In this document: piece after piece, positions 1 through 9,947 of the stretch
How positions within the stretch are numbered: position 1 is the first letter of the stretch
Layout of the letters: each line of letters begins with the position of its first letter
DNA from: Variovorax sp.
GTDB lineage: Bacteria; Pseudomonadota; Gammaproteobacteria; Burkholderiales; Burkholderiaceae_C
Direction of reading: 5' to 3'
Assembly (NCBI GenBank): GCA_031412135.1
Contig: JANOCL010000151.1
Location: forward strand, 13,206 to 77,205
DNA: 64,000 nucleotides
Notes under the pieces: generated by a model
What the model was told of the DNA's origin: nothing
Databases searched by the model: none
What the model saw: only the letters and a program-made list of their open reading frames with translations
Position numbers and translations under genes: made by a program

Positions 1-553
1 TCAACTCGGGGACGTCGTCGGTTTCGAAGTCGGGCGTCCAATGCGGCAACTGTGAGCGTGCCAGGCTGCGCGCGCAGCATTCGCGGAAATCCTCGGTCGG
101 AAACAGCTGCGGATCGTAGGTCCCATAAATGAAGGGATACGGGTAGTCGCGCCAGCGGTCGGGCTTGGACAAGGTGGGGCGGCCCTGCAGCGAGCGCAAC
201 ACACGGGCGCTCCAGTCCGGCGGCTGCCCGTTCTGGCCGCTGCGACCGACCAGCGGCTCCGCCAGCGCCGCCGACAGCGGCTTCGCGTTCTGCGCCACGA
301 ACACACCGCTGCGCGGACGTGCTTCGAGGAAGCCCTCGTCCATCAACTGCAGATAGGCGGACGTCACGGTATTGCGGCTCAGTCCCAACAGGGCGGCAAG
401 CTCGCGCGACGAGGGTAGCTGTGCGCCAGGGCCGAGGCGCTCTTCGAGAATGGCCTGGACCACCGCCGCCCGGAGCCGACCCTGCAACGGCAAGGCCGGC
501 TGATCGGGTAGCGCAAACAGCTGCGCCCACTGGATGGATCGGGGGTTCGACAT
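1..553 (-). CDS. MocR/GntR-family (aminotransferase-like) transcriptional regulator, N-terminal part; the gene runs off the window start
   Basis: My own minus-strand translation from the ATG at 553-551 gives MSNPRSIQWAQLFALPDQPALPLQGRLRAAVVQAILEERLGPGAQLPSSRELAALLGLSRNTVTSAYLQLMDEGFLEARPRSGVFV... This is a GntR winged-helix HTH followed by a MocR-type linker. The frame stays open to position 2, so it is absent from the complete-ORF track. It is divergent from 669..1082. Confidence 0.8.
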   Translation of the reverse strand, partial: MSNPRSIQWAQLFALPDQPALPLQGRLRAAVVQAILEERLGPGAQLPSSRELAALLGLSRNTVTSAYLQLMDEGFLEARPRSGVFVAQNAKPLSAALAEPLVGRSGQNGQPPDWSARVLRSLQGRPTLSKPDRWRDYPYPFIYGTYDPQLFPTEDFRECCARSLARSQLPHWTPDFETDDVPEL

Positions 554-668
554 GGTGCTCGAAGTTTAGGGTCTGCCGGCACTGGCTCGGTCGAATCACC
601 GCATCTGGCCCTATCGCTGCACGCCCCGGCTCTCTACGCTCGGTCCATTCAGGAAAACAGGAGTTCGC

Positions 669-1082
669 GTGACTGCATCACCCTCGCCCGCCCGGCCCGT
701 GACCACCGCCACCCTCGCGGCTTTCAGCGACGCATGGAACCGCCACGACATCGACGCGCTCATGAGCTTCATGAGCGAGGACTGCGTGTTCCAGACTGCC
801 GCCGGGCCCGACGCCTGCGGTAGCCGCCATGGCGGCACCGAAGCCGTGCGCAAGGCATTCGAGGCCGCCTGGCAGGCGGTGCCCGACGCGCAGTGGAACA
901 ACGGACAGCATTTCGTGCAGGGCAATTTCGGCACCTCGCAGTGGACCTTCACCGGCACCGCAGCCGACGGCAGCCGCATCGAGACCGACGGCATCGACGT
1001 GTTCACCTTCAAGGACGGAAAGATCGCGCTCAAGAACGTGTTCCGCAAGGCGCGCCCCAACCTTCCTGCCGTCAAGGCGTAG
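669..1082 (+). CDS. SnoaL-like / NTF2-fold protein (polyketide-cyclase-like)
   Basis: 137-aa ORF with a GTG start preceded by AGGAG at 658-662. The sequence LAAFSDAWNRHDIDALMSFMSEDCVF...DGIDVFTFKDGKIALKN is typical of the SnoaL/NTF2 fold. It is a close paralog of the C-terminal domain of 12957..14219. Confidence 0.75.
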   Translation: MTASPSPARPVTTATLAAFSDAWNRHDIDALMSFMSEDCVFQTAAGPDACGSRHGGTEAVRKAFEAAWQAVPDAQWNNGQHFVQGNFGTSQWTFTGTAADGSRIETDGIDVFTFKDGKIALKNVFRKARPNLPAVKA

Positions 1083-1095
1083 CGCGGGAGCCTCC

Positions 1096-2541
1096 ATGAC
1101 GATGACCGGCACCGCCCAGTTCACCAGCGCCGGGCAGCCCGCGCCCGCACGCAAGCCCTACGATCCGCGCTACGACCCGCTGGTGGCGCCCGACCCCGGT
1201 GCCGGCCGTGCGTATGCACCCACGTGGTGGGTGGCGAGCGCGGGCGCGCCGCCCGAGGACGACGGCCCGGTGCTCGGCGACATCGAAGTCGACGTGGCGG
1301 TGATCGGCTCCGGCTCCACCGGCATGTCGACCGCGCTCTACCTGGCGCAGGAACACGGCATCCGGGCCACGGTGCTCGAAGCCAACCAGGTCTCGTGGGG
1401 CTGCTCCAGCCGCAGCGGCGGCCAGGGCCAGAACGCCAGCGGAAGGCTCAAGCGTTCGCAGTGGATCGAGCGCTGGGGCCTCGACACGGCGAAGCGGCTG
1501 GATGCCGAGATCCGCGCCGGCTTCGAGAACTTCAGGCAGCTGACGACCGAGATCGACTGCGATGCCTTCGACGGCGGGCACCTCTACCTTGCGCACCGGC
1601 CCGAAAAGCTGGCCGGCCTGGAAGCAGAAGCCCGCCTCATGCGCGAGAAGTTCGGCTACGGCACGCGCATGCTCAGCGCCGAGGAAGTGCGGCGCGACTA
1701 CTGCGACGAGCGCGAAGCCGCGGGCGCGATGTTCGAGGCTGAAGGCGTCGGAATCCATCCGCTCAAGTTCACCTTCGGCCTGATGAAGAAGGCGCGCGCG
1801 CTGGGCGTGAAGGTCCACACGTCGAGCCCGGTGCAAGGCTGGCAGACGATCGACGGCGTGCACCACCTGCAGACGCCCGGCGGCGTCGTGCGGGCCCGGC
1901 GCGTGGCGGTCTGCACCGGCGGCTACACCGGCCAGGCGCTCAATCCGCTGCTGAAAAACAAGATCATGCCGATCCTGTCGAACTCGGTGGTCACGCGGCC
2001 GCTGACCGACGCCGAGCTGCAGGCGACCAACTTCAAGTCGCTCACCTTCCTGACAGATACGCGCATCCTGCGCTTCTACTACCGGCTGCTCAAGGGCAAC
2101 CGGCTGCAACTCGGCAGCCGCAGTTCGGTGAGCGGCGCGGACGCGGAAGACCCGGTGCACCTGAAGCTGCTTACCGACGCGATCGCACGCAAGTTCCCGC
2201 CGCTCGCCGGCATCCAGATCGACTACTCATGGTGGGGCTGGGTCGACGTCAGCCACGACATGATGCCGCGCATCACCCAGCCGGATGCCGGCAAGAAGAT
2301 CTGGTATGCGGTCGGCTACGGCGGCAACGGAGTGTCGTTCTCGACGTGGGCCGGCAAGCGCCTGGCGCAGCGGGTGGCCGGCAAGGACGCAGGCAAGGAC
2401 GTCTTCGAACTCCCGATCTACCGCTCGCCATTGCCGTTTCCCAACGTGCTGGGCCTGGTCGAGTCGCCCGCCTTCGCGCCGTTTCGCCGGCTCGGCCAGC
2501 GCGTGCTCTACAAGTGGTATTGGCTGCGCGACGAGAAGTAG
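1096..2541 (+). CDS. FAD-dependent oxidoreductase (DAO family; PuuB/OrdL-like)
   Basis: Internal ATG of track ORF 829..2541. Rossmann dinucleotide motif DVAVIGSGSTGMSTALYLAQ. The C-terminal YAVGYGGNGVSFS is typical of the DAO family. The upstream extension overlaps the previous gene and is Arg/Pro-rich. Confidence 0.85.
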   Translation: MTMTGTAQFTSAGQPAPARKPYDPRYDPLVAPDPGAGRAYAPTWWVASAGAPPEDDGPVLGDIEVDVAVIGSGSTGMSTALYLAQEHGIRATVLEANQVSWGCSSRSGGQGQNASGRLKRSQWIERWGLDTAKRLDAEIRAGFENFRQLTTEIDCDAFDGGHLYLAHRPEKLAGLEAEARLMREKFGYGTRMLSAEEVRRDYCDEREAAGAMFEAEGVGIHPLKFTFGLMKKARALGVKVHTSSPVQGWQTIDGVHHLQTPGGVVRARRVAVCTGGYTGQALNPLLKNKIMPILSNSVVTRPLTDAELQATNFKSLTFLTDTRILRFYYRLLKGNRLQLGSRSSVSGADAEDPVHLKLLTDAIARKFPPLAGIQIDYSWWGWVDVSHDMMPRITQPDAGKKIWYAVGYGGNGVSFSTWAGKRLAQRVAGKDAGKDVFELPIYRSPLPFPNVLGLVESPAFAPFRRLGQRVLYKWYWLRDEK

Positions 2542-2594
2542 CCCGCGCACCGGCGGCGTGCTTTCGCCGATGCCACGCGTCAGGCTGGTGCGAA

Positions 2595-2610
2595 CCCGGA
2601 CAAACCCGGG
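2595..2610 (+). terminator. Weak GC hairpin (CCCGG-acaaac-CCGGG) followed by CTTTCT; possible partial terminator or attenuator after the oxidoreductase gene
   Basis: Read directly: 5-bp all-GC stem, 6-nt loop and a short pyrimidine-rich tail, 54 nt after the stop at 2541. Confidence 0.2.
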
Positions 2611-2733
2611 CTTTCTGGCCCTTCAAGTGGCCGGCACGTGGCTCTTCGCCGGCAGGCCGCATCGGCATATCTTCGACCTCGAGGCCGGAACGATGGCCGC
2701 AATTGATTTGTCGAACTTCAGGAGCTCACGCCC

Positions 2734-4329
2734 ATGCCCCATCTCCCACTCACCCGCCGCGTCGCCGCGCTGTCGGCCGCAATGCTCGCTGCCGGCGCCT
2801 TGCTCTCGCTGCCCACCGGGGCGCAGGAACCCAAACGCGGCGGCACGCTGGTGATAGGCAGTACGCAGACACCCAGGCATCTGAACGGCGCCGTTCAATC
2901 CGGCATCGCGACCGCGGTGCCATCGACCCAGATCTTCGCCAGCCCGCTGCGCTTCGACGACAAGTGGAATCCGCAGCCTTACCTGGCCGAATCGTGGAAA
3001 CTGGCAGAGGACGGCAAGTCGCTCACGCTCAACCTGCGCAAGAACGCGGTGTTCCATGACGGCAAGCCGGTTACCTCGGCCGACGTGGCCTTCTCGATCA
3101 TGGCGATCAAGGCCAACCATCCGTTCACCACAATGATGGGACCGGTTGAAAAGGTGGACACGCCCGATGCCCACACCGCGATCATCCGCATGAGCACGCC
3201 GCATCCGGCCATCGTGCTGGCCATGTCGCCAGCACTGTGCCCGATCCTTCCCAAGCACATCTATGGCGACGGGCAGGATCTGAAGACCCATCCGCGCAAC
3301 GGCGTCGACGTGGTGGGCTCGGGCCCGTTCCGGGTGACCGAGTTCAAGCCCGCGCAACGCATCGTGCTGGAGCGCTTCGACAAGTTCTTCCTGCCGGGCA
3401 AGCCCTATCTGGACAAGATGATCGTCAACGTCACGCCGGACATGGCCAGCCTGATGCTGAGCCTGGAACGCGGCGACGTGCAGATGCTGCCCTTCGCGAC
3501 CGTGCCGACCGACCTGAAGCGCCTGGCCGCGAACCCCCAGGTGTCGCTCACGCCGAAGGGCTACGAGGGCATCGGCGCCCTGAACTGGCTCGCCTTCAAC
3601 ACGGCCAGGAAGCCACTGTCGGACGTGGCGGTGCGCAAGGCCATCGCCACCGCAATCGACAAGAACTTCATCGCCAAGGCGCTGATGGGCGGCTTCGCCA
3701 CCGGGGCAGACGGCCCGATCGTGGCCAGCAGCCCGTTCGCGGTAGAGGACCTGGTGCGCTACCCGGTCGATCTGAAGAAGTCCGCTGCGATGCTCGACGC
3801 GGCCGGATACAAGGTGGGCGACGGCGGCGAGCGGTTCAAGCTGACCATCGACTACCTGCCCGGCGCCGACGACCAGCAGAAGAACGTGGCCGAGTACATC
3901 CGCGGGCAACTCAAGAAGGTGGGCATCGCAGTCGAGGTGCGCGCCTCGGCCGACTTTCCGTCATGGTCCAAGCGGCTTGCCTCGCATGACTTCGACATGT
4001 CGATGGACGTTGTCTTCAACTGGGGCGACCCGGTCATCGGCGTGCACCGAACCTACCTGTCGACCAACATCAAGCCCATCATCTGGACCAACACGCAGTC
4101 CTACAGCAACCCCAAGGTCGACGAACTGCTCACTACCGCGGGCGGCATCATCGACCCGACCAGGCGCAAGGCCTACTACGCGACCTTCCAGAAGATCGTG
4201 ACCGACGAGGTGCCGATCGTCTTCATCAACCAGACGCCGTACCACACTGCCACCAGCAAGAAGCTGGCGAACGTGCCGACGACCATCTGGGGACCGATGT
4301 CGCCGCTCGACGAGATCTATTTCCAGTAA
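2734..4329 (+). CDS. ABC transporter substrate-binding protein, family 5 (peptide/nickel/opine, DppA/OppA-like)
   Basis: 531 aa with AGGAG at 2720-2724. Signal peptide MPHLPLTRRVAALSAAMLAAGALLSLPTGAQ. GGTLVIG follows the signal peptide and is typical of SBP_bac_5. Two permease and two ATPase genes follow. Confidence 0.9.
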   Translation: MPHLPLTRRVAALSAAMLAAGALLSLPTGAQEPKRGGTLVIGSTQTPRHLNGAVQSGIATAVPSTQIFASPLRFDDKWNPQPYLAESWKLAEDGKSLTLNLRKNAVFHDGKPVTSADVAFSIMAIKANHPFTTMMGPVEKVDTPDAHTAIIRMSTPHPAIVLAMSPALCPILPKHIYGDGQDLKTHPRNGVDVVGSGPFRVTEFKPAQRIVLERFDKFFLPGKPYLDKMIVNVTPDMASLMLSLERGDVQMLPFATVPTDLKRLAANPQVSLTPKGYEGIGALNWLAFNTARKPLSDVAVRKAIATAIDKNFIAKALMGGFATGADGPIVASSPFAVEDLVRYPVDLKKSAAMLDAAGYKVGDGGERFKLTIDYLPGADDQQKNVAEYIRGQLKKVGIAVEVRASADFPSWSKRLASHDFDMSMDVVFNWGDPVIGVHRTYLSTNIKPIIWTNTQSYSNPKVDELLTTAGGIIDPTRRKAYYATFQKIVTDEVPIVFINQTPYHTATSKKLANVPTTIWGPMSPLDEIYFQ

Positions 4330-4341
4330 GGGGGCATCCGG

Positions 4342-5310
4342 ATGCTCCGTTACACCGTATCGCGCCTGCTCCAGGGACTGGCCCTGGTTTTGGCGGTGGT
4401 GGTGCTCAATTTCGTGCTGGTCCATGCGGCACCCGGCGATCCGGTCGAGACCATTGCCGGCGCGAGCGGCGGCATGTCTGCCGAGCTGATGGCGCAGCTT
4501 CGTACGCAATACGGGCTGGACAAGCCGCTGCCAGTGCAACTGGGCGTCTACCTCGGCAAGGTGTTGCAAGGAGACCTGGGCTATTCGTATTTCTTCAACC
4601 TGCCGGTCACTGCGATGATTTCCGAACGCGTGCCGGCCACGCTGCTGCTGGTGCTGAGTTCGGTGCTGCTCGCCTTCACCGTCGGCACTGCGCTCGGCGT
4701 GCTTTCCTCGCGCAACCCGAACGGTGTGCTGTCGCAGTTCATCACCGTGCTGTCGATGGTCGGCTTTGCCGCGCCGGTGTTCTGGGTCGGCATCATGCTG
4801 GTGATCCTGTTCGCCTCGGTGCTGCCGATCCTGCCGGTGTCGGGAATGCGGTCGATCGACTCGTCCGGCGGCGGGCTGGGGGACGTGCTCGACGTGCTGC
4901 ATCACCTGGTGCTTCCGGCGGTGACATTGAGCCTGGTGTACCTCGCGCAGTACAGCCGCCTTGCGCGCTCGTCGATGCTCGACGTGCTGGGCTCGGACTT
5001 CATCCGCACCGCCCGCGCCAAGGGCCTGCCCGACAGGGTGGTGCTCTACAAGCACGCGTTGCGCAATGCGCTGCTGCCGGTGGTGACGGTGCTGGGGCTG
5101 CAGTTCGGCAACGTGCTGGCCGGCGCGATCCTGGTCGAAACGGTCTTCAACTGGCCGGGGCTGGGACGGCTGGCTTTCGACTCGGTGCTGCGCCGCGACT
5201 ATCCGACCATCCTTGGCGTGCTGCTGTTCTCGTCGATCGTGGTGATCGTGATGAATCAGCTCACCGATCTCTGCTATCGGCTCATCGATCCGCGGATCAA
5301 GGCGTCATGA
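4342..5310 (+). CDS. ABC transporter permease (DppB/OppB-like)
   Basis: 322 aa. N-terminal MLRYTVSRLLQGLALVLAVVVLNFVLVHAAPGDP is typical of this family. Multiple TM segments. Contains the EAA-loop region DFIRTARAKGL. Confidence 0.92.
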   Translation: MLRYTVSRLLQGLALVLAVVVLNFVLVHAAPGDPVETIAGASGGMSAELMAQLRTQYGLDKPLPVQLGVYLGKVLQGDLGYSYFFNLPVTAMISERVPATLLLVLSSVLLAFTVGTALGVLSSRNPNGVLSQFITVLSMVGFAAPVFWVGIMLVILFASVLPILPVSGMRSIDSSGGGLGDVLDVLHHLVLPAVTLSLVYLAQYSRLARSSMLDVLGSDFIRTARAKGLPDRVVLYKHALRNALLPVVTVLGLQFGNVLAGAILVETVFNWPGLGRLAFDSVLRRDYPTILGVLLFSSIVVIVMNQLTDLCYRLIDPRIKAS

Positions 5311-6218
5311 ACAAGCCTGCAATCCTTGCTGCCGTGGTGCCTGCCGCGACTGCCCCTGCGCGACCGGTACCCAAGGTCGAGCATCCCTCTGCAGAAGCGA
5401 TGCGGATGTTCCTTCGCAACCCTTCCGCGATCGCCGGAATGGCGATGCTGCTGGTGGTGCTGCTGGTCGCCATTGCCGGTCCGCTGGTGTATCCGGCCGA
5501 TCCGTTCGAAATTCGTGCTGCGCCGCTGACGCCGCCCTTCGGCGAAGACGCCTGGCTCGGCAGCGACTATCTCGGCCGCGACGTGCTGACGACGCTCATC
5601 TACGGCGGCCGTGCGACGCTTCTGGTGGGCGCGGTCGCCGCGCTGCTGTCGGTGGCGATCGGCATCACACTGGGCGCCTTCGCCGGCTACTACGGCGGCC
5701 GGGTCGACAACGCGCTGATGCGCGTCACGGAGTTCTTCCAGGTGCTGCCGGCGCTGCTGTTCGCGATGGTGGTGGTGACGCTGTTCTCGCCGTCTCTGGT
5801 CACCGTAACGCTGGCCATCGGAATCGTGAGCTGGACCGGCACGGCGCGGCTCACGCGCGCCGAGTTCCTCAAGTACCGCGGGCTGGAGTTCGTGCGGGCC
5901 GAACGGGCCATAGGCGCGGGCGACGCCCGCATCATCTGGAAGGTGATCCTGCCGAATGCGCTGCCACCGCTGGTGGTGTCGGCCACGCTGGCAGTCGGGG
6001 CAGCCATCCTGTTCGAGGCCGGCTTGTCATTTTTGGGCCTGGGCGACCCGAACCAGATGAGCTGGGGCCTGATGATCGGATCGAGCCGGCAGTACGTGCT
6101 GTCGTGCTGGTGGGCGGTAGCCTTTCCGGGCGCGGCCATCTTCGTCACGGTGCTCGCGGTGAGCCTGATCGGCGACGGGCTGAACGATGCCCTCAACCCG
6201 AAACTGCGAGAACGTTGA
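5307..6218 (+). CDS. ABC transporter permease (DppC/OppC-like)
   Basis: 303 aa. Its start overlaps the upstream stop by 4 nt (ATGA). Contains [11 protein letters not shown] and the EAA-loop [10 protein letters not shown]. Confidence 0.92.
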   Translation: MNKPAILAAVVPAATAPARPVPKVEHPSAEAMRMFLRNPSAIAGMAMLLVVLLVAIAGPLVYPADPFEIRAAPLTPPFGEDAWLGSDYLGRDVLTTLIYGGRATLLVGAVAALLSVAIGITLGAFAGYYGGRVDNALMRVTEFFQVLPALLFAMVVVTLFSPSLVTVTLAIGIVSWTGTARLTRAEFLKYRGLEFVRAERAIGAGDARIIWKVILPNALPPLVVSATLAVGAAILFEAGLSFLGLGDPNQMSWGLMIGSSRQYVLSCWWAVAFPGAAIFVTVLAVSLIGDGLNDALNPKLRER

Positions 6219-6220
6219 CC

Positions 6221-7234
6221 ATGGACGACGCCCTCTTGCGCGTGCAGGACCTGCACGTCGAATTCAAGACCCGCCGCGGCCAGGCACTGGTGCTCAACGG
6301 CGTCGACTTCGAGATCCGGCGCGGCGAGACGCTTTGCGTGGTCGGCGAATCGGGCTGCGGCAAGAGCATGACCGCGCTCGCCCTGCTTCGGCTGATTCCT
6401 TCGCCGCCCGGCCGCATCAGCGCCGGCCGCGTGCTGTTCCAGGGCGAGGACCTGGCGGCGGCGACCGAGGCGCGCATGCGTGCTGTGCGCGGCAACCGCA
6501 TCTCCATGATCTTCCAGGAGCCGATGACCTCGCTCAATCCGGTGCTGACGGTGGGCGACCAGATCGGCGAATCGCTTCGGCTGCATGCCGGGCTCGATGC
6601 CGCCGCCGCGCGCGAGCGCGCCATCGAGATGCTGCGGCAGGTCGGCATACCCGCTCCCGATCGGCGGGTCGACGAGTACCCGCACCAACTCTCGGGCGGC
6701 ATGCGCCAGCGAGTGATGATCGCGATGGCGCTGGCCTGCCGCCCGGACATCCTGATCGCCGACGAACCCACTACCGCGCTCGACGTGACGGTGCAGGCGC
6801 AGATCTTCGACCTGCTGCGCGACCTTCAGCGCGAGAAGGGCACGGCCATCATGCTCATCACGCACGACATGGGCGCGGTCGCCGAGATGGCAGACCGGGT
6901 GATGGTGATGTACGCCGGCCGCGTGATCGAACAGGGCACAACGGCGCAGGTGCTCTCCGCGCCGGGCCATCCCTACACCCGCGGCTTGATCGACTGCCTG
7001 CCTGAGCTTGGCAGCAGCGCCGCTGCGCTCAGCGGCGAACGGCGTGAGCTGGCCGAAATTGCCGGCGTCGTGCCGTCGATCTGGGAGTTGGGTGCCGGCT
7101 GCGCATTTCGCGAGCGCTGCCCGCATGCGATGGCGCGCTGCGCGCTGGAGGTGCCGCCGATGTTCGGACTCGGCGGCGCGCACGGTGCGGCTTGCTGGCT
7201 GCATGCCGAAGAAACACGCAAGGTGGCCGCATGA
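6221..7234 (+). CDS. ABC transporter ATP-binding protein (DppD/OppD-like)
   Basis: Internal ATG of track ORF 6104..7234, 3 nt after the permease stop. Walker A GESGCGKS, signature LSGGMRQR and Walker [13 protein letters not shown] are all present. Confidence 0.92.
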   Translation: MDDALLRVQDLHVEFKTRRGQALVLNGVDFEIRRGETLCVVGESGCGKSMTALALLRLIPSPPGRISAGRVLFQGEDLAAATEARMRAVRGNRISMIFQEPMTSLNPVLTVGDQIGESLRLHAGLDAAAARERAIEMLRQVGIPAPDRRVDEYPHQLSGGMRQRVMIAMALACRPDILIADEPTTALDVTVQAQIFDLLRDLQREKGTAIMLITHDMGAVAEMADRVMVMYAGRVIEQGTTAQVLSAPGHPYTRGLIDCLPELGSSAAALSGERRELAEIAGVVPSIWELGAGCAFRERCPHAMARCALEVPPMFGLGGAHGAACWLHAEETRKVAA

Positions 7235-8268
7235 ACACCCTGACAGACCCGGACACGCTGCTGTCGGTAGGCGACCTGAAGGTCCACTTTCCCCGCGGAC
7301 GTTCCGGCTGGGGCAAGCCCGCGAGCCTGGTGAAGGCGGTCGACGGCGTGTCCTTCGACATCCGGCGCGGCAGCACGCTGGCGCTGGTGGGCGAGTCGGG
7401 TTCGGGAAAGACCACCACCGCGCTCGCGGTGATGCGCCTGTCGCCCGTGACCTCGGGCCGCATCCGGCTCGGCGACACCGACCTGGGCGCGCTGCGCGGC
7501 GAGGCTCTGCGGCGCGAGCGTTCGCGCATGCAGATCATCTTTCAGGACCCGTTCTCCTCACTGAATCCGCGCGAGCGCGCCGGCGCTGCGGTGCGTGCAC
7601 CGCTCGACCTGATGCAAGTGGGCACGGCGGCCGAACGAACGCGACGCGTGGGCGAGCTGTTCGATGCGGTAGGCCTCAGGCCGGAGCAACAGCAGCTCTT
7701 TCCGCACCAGTTCTCCGGCGGCCAGCGCCAGCGCATCAACATCGCACGTGCGCTGGCGACCAATCCGGAACTGGTGGTATGCGACGAGCCGGTGTCGGCA
7801 CTCGACATTGCAATCCGGGCACAGATTCTGAACCTGCTCGGCCGGCTGCAGCGCGAACTCGGCCTGACCTATCTGTTCATCTCGCACGACATGGCCGTGG
7901 TCGAGCACATCTGCGACGACATCGCCGTCATGTACCTGGGCCAGATCGTCGAGCGTGCGCCGCGCCGCGCCTTCTTTGCACGGCCGCTGCATCCCTACAG
8001 CGTGGCGCTCATGTCCGCCGTGCCGACGGTCGGCGGCGGCCGGCAGCGCGCCGCTCACCGCATCAAGCTCACGGGCGATCCGCCCAGCCCGATCGACCCT
8101 CCGCACGGTTGCCGTTTCGCCGGCCGTTGCCCGGTGGCCGAGCCCGCCTGCGCGGCCGAACTGCCCCCCTTGCGCGAGGTGATGCCCGGCCACTGGGTGC
8201 GCTGCCGGCGCGTCGACCTGGTCGACGGACTGGCCCGCCCTCCTCTCTTTCTTCCATCCCTGTCATGA
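7231..8268 (+). CDS. ABC transporter ATP-binding protein (DppF/OppF-like)
   Basis: Internal ATG at 7231 overlaps the upstream stop (ATGA). Walker A GESGSGKT, signature FSGGQRQR and Walker B VVCDEPVSALD are present. Confidence 0.92.
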   Translation: MNTLTDPDTLLSVGDLKVHFPRGRSGWGKPASLVKAVDGVSFDIRRGSTLALVGESGSGKTTTALAVMRLSPVTSGRIRLGDTDLGALRGEALRRERSRMQIIFQDPFSSLNPRERAGAAVRAPLDLMQVGTAAERTRRVGELFDAVGLRPEQQQLFPHQFSGGQRQRINIARALATNPELVVCDEPVSALDIAIRAQILNLLGRLQRELGLTYLFISHDMAVVEHICDDIAVMYLGQIVERAPRRAFFARPLHPYSVALMSAVPTVGGGRQRAAHRIKLTGDPPSPIDPPHGCRFAGRCPVAEPACAAELPPLREVMPGHWVRCRRVDLVDGLARPPLFLPSLS

Positions 8269-9938
8269 GCATCACCACCGTCTACCCCGCCCGCAAGATC
8301 ATCACGATGAACCCGATGCAGCCGCATGCCACGCACGTCGCGGTGCGCGACGGCCGGGTGCTGGCGGTCGGCACGCTCGAAGACATGCAGGCCTGGGGCG
8401 CATTCGAGCTGGACAGCCGCTTCGCCGACAAGGTGCTGATGCCCGGACTCGTGGAGGGTCACTGCCACCTGAAGGAGGGCAGCATGTGGGATTGGGCCTA
8501 CCTTGGCTGGTTCGACCGGCGCGATCCGCAAGGCAAACTGTGGAGCGGCCTGCGGTCGATGGATGCCGTTGTCGAGCGGCTGGCCGAGGTGGACGCCCGC
8601 ATGACCGCCGAAGGCCTGCCGGCCGCCGAGCCGCTGATCGCCTGGGGCTTCGATCCGATCTACTTCGGCGGCGAGCGCATGACCGTCGAGCACGTGGACC
8701 GCGCGAGCAAGAGCCGGCCGATCGTGATCGGCCATGCCAACGGCCACCTGATGAACGTCAACACCGCCATGCTGCGCATTGCCGATGTGACGCGCGACAA
8801 CGAGATCGAAGGCGTGGTCAAGTTCGCCGCCGGTCCGATGGCCGGAGAGCCGACCGGCGAACTGCAGGAACCGGCTGCCATGTTCCTGGTGCTGCGCAAG
8901 ATCGGCAATGCGGGCCTGATGGCGCCGATGACCGAGGCCGGCGTGCGCTCGTTCGGCAAGCTGGCCTGCATGCAGGGCGTGACCACGGCAACCGACCTGG
9001 TCAACAAGCTCACTGCGGAAGACTGCGCGGTGCTCGAGAACGTGACCGGCGATCACGGCTTCGCCGTGCGCATCCTGCCTGCGTTCCAGGCCTTCCACGG
9101 TACGCACGGCGCGCCGCTGGGCGCCGAGCATGTGAAGAGCCTGCTCCCCCGAAACACCGACCGGCTGCGCTACGGTCTGGTGAAGATGATGCTCGACGGC
9201 TCGATCCAGGGCTTTTCGGCCCGGCTGCGCTGGCCAGGGCACTTCAATGGCGCGCCCAACGGCATCTGGGTCATGGCGCCCGCGCAGTACGAAGCCGACT
9301 TCGAGGCCTATCACCGGGCCGGCCTCACCATCCACACGCACACCAACGGCGACGAGGCGAGCGAGGTCGCGATCAATGCGGTCGAGCGCGTGCTGACCCG
9401 CGCGCCCCGCGCCGATCACCGCCACACACTGCAGCACGGCCAGATGATCGATGCGCCGATGTTCCGTCGCATGGCTGCGCTGGGCCTGTGCGCCAACCTG
9501 TTCGCCAACCACATCTGGTACTGGGGCGATCAGCACTACGAAACGACGATGGGGCCGGACCGCGCCAACCGGATCGATGCCTGCGGCAGTGCGCTGGCCG
9601 CCGGCGTGCCACTGGCGATCCATTCCGACGCGCCGGTCACGCCGCTGGGGCCGCTCTTCACCGCGTGGTGCGCCGTCAACCGCATCACGCCCAAGGGCCG
9701 CGTCCTCGGCGCAGCGGAGCGCATCGCCGTGCCGCAGGCGCTGCGCGCCATCACGCTCGGCGCCGCATGGACGCTGAAGCTCGACCACGAGATCGGCAGC
9801 ATCGAATGCGGCAAGCGAGCCGACTTCTGCGTGCTGGAAGACGACCCGCTCGAGCTGGACCCGATGCAGTTGAAGGACGCGCGTATCTGGGGCACGGTGC
9901 TCTCGGGGCGCGTGTTCGAGGCCGGCACCGCCGCTTGA
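8265..9938 (+). CDS. Metal-dependent amidohydrolase (Amidohydro_3 / YtcJ-like)
   Basis: Internal ATG of track ORF 7008..9938, overlapping the upstream stop (ATGA). HxH motif in GLVEGHCHL. Later metal-ligand regions are THTNGDEA and AIHSDAP. Length is 557 aa. Confidence 0.85.
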   Translation: MSITTVYPARKIITMNPMQPHATHVAVRDGRVLAVGTLEDMQAWGAFELDSRFADKVLMPGLVEGHCHLKEGSMWDWAYLGWFDRRDPQGKLWSGLRSMDAVVERLAEVDARMTAEGLPAAEPLIAWGFDPIYFGGERMTVEHVDRASKSRPIVIGHANGHLMNVNTAMLRIADVTRDNEIEGVVKFAAGPMAGEPTGELQEPAAMFLVLRKIGNAGLMAPMTEAGVRSFGKLACMQGVTTATDLVNKLTAEDCAVLENVTGDHGFAVRILPAFQAFHGTHGAPLGAEHVKSLLPRNTDRLRYGLVKMMLDGSIQGFSARLRWPGHFNGAPNGIWVMAPAQYEADFEAYHRAGLTIHTHTNGDEASEVAINAVERVLTRAPRADHRHTLQHGQMIDAPMFRRMAALGLCANLFANHIWYWGDQHYETTMGPDRANRIDACGSALAAGVPLAIHSDAPVTPLGPLFTAWCAVNRITPKGRVLGAAERIAVPQALRAITLGAAWTLKLDHEIGSIECGKRADFCVLEDDPLELDPMQLKDARIWGTVLSGRVFEAGTAA

Positions 9939-9947
9939 GCCCCAAGC

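Noticed and set aside
1072-2160. 362-aa minus-strand ORF antisense to the FAD oxidoreductase. Similar long antisense or alternate-frame ORFs occur at 2623-3909, 3961-5055, 5690-7204, 8055-9788, 11901-13136, 13293-14771, 16366-17712, 17360-18751, 21748-23151, 23577-24563, 32040-33635, 34794-35873, 36744-37883 and 37585-39435.
   Set aside because: They are Arg/Ala/Gly/Pro/His-rich with no recognisable motifs. Each lies opposite or out of frame to an ORF with clear family signatures. Stop-codon scarcity in GC-rich DNA produces such shadows.
7008-9938. Track ORFs that look like very large fusion proteins: 7008-9938 (976 aa), 32477-34915 (812 aa), 41472-43460 (662 aa), 55036-56853 (605 aa), 56931-58646 (571 aa), 25706-27376 and 36003-37646.
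   Set aside because: These are N-terminal over-extensions that run in an alternate frame through the upstream gene. Each has an internal ATG or GTG at an operon-style junction, often an ATGA overlap, where the recognisable domain begins. I trimmed them accordingly.
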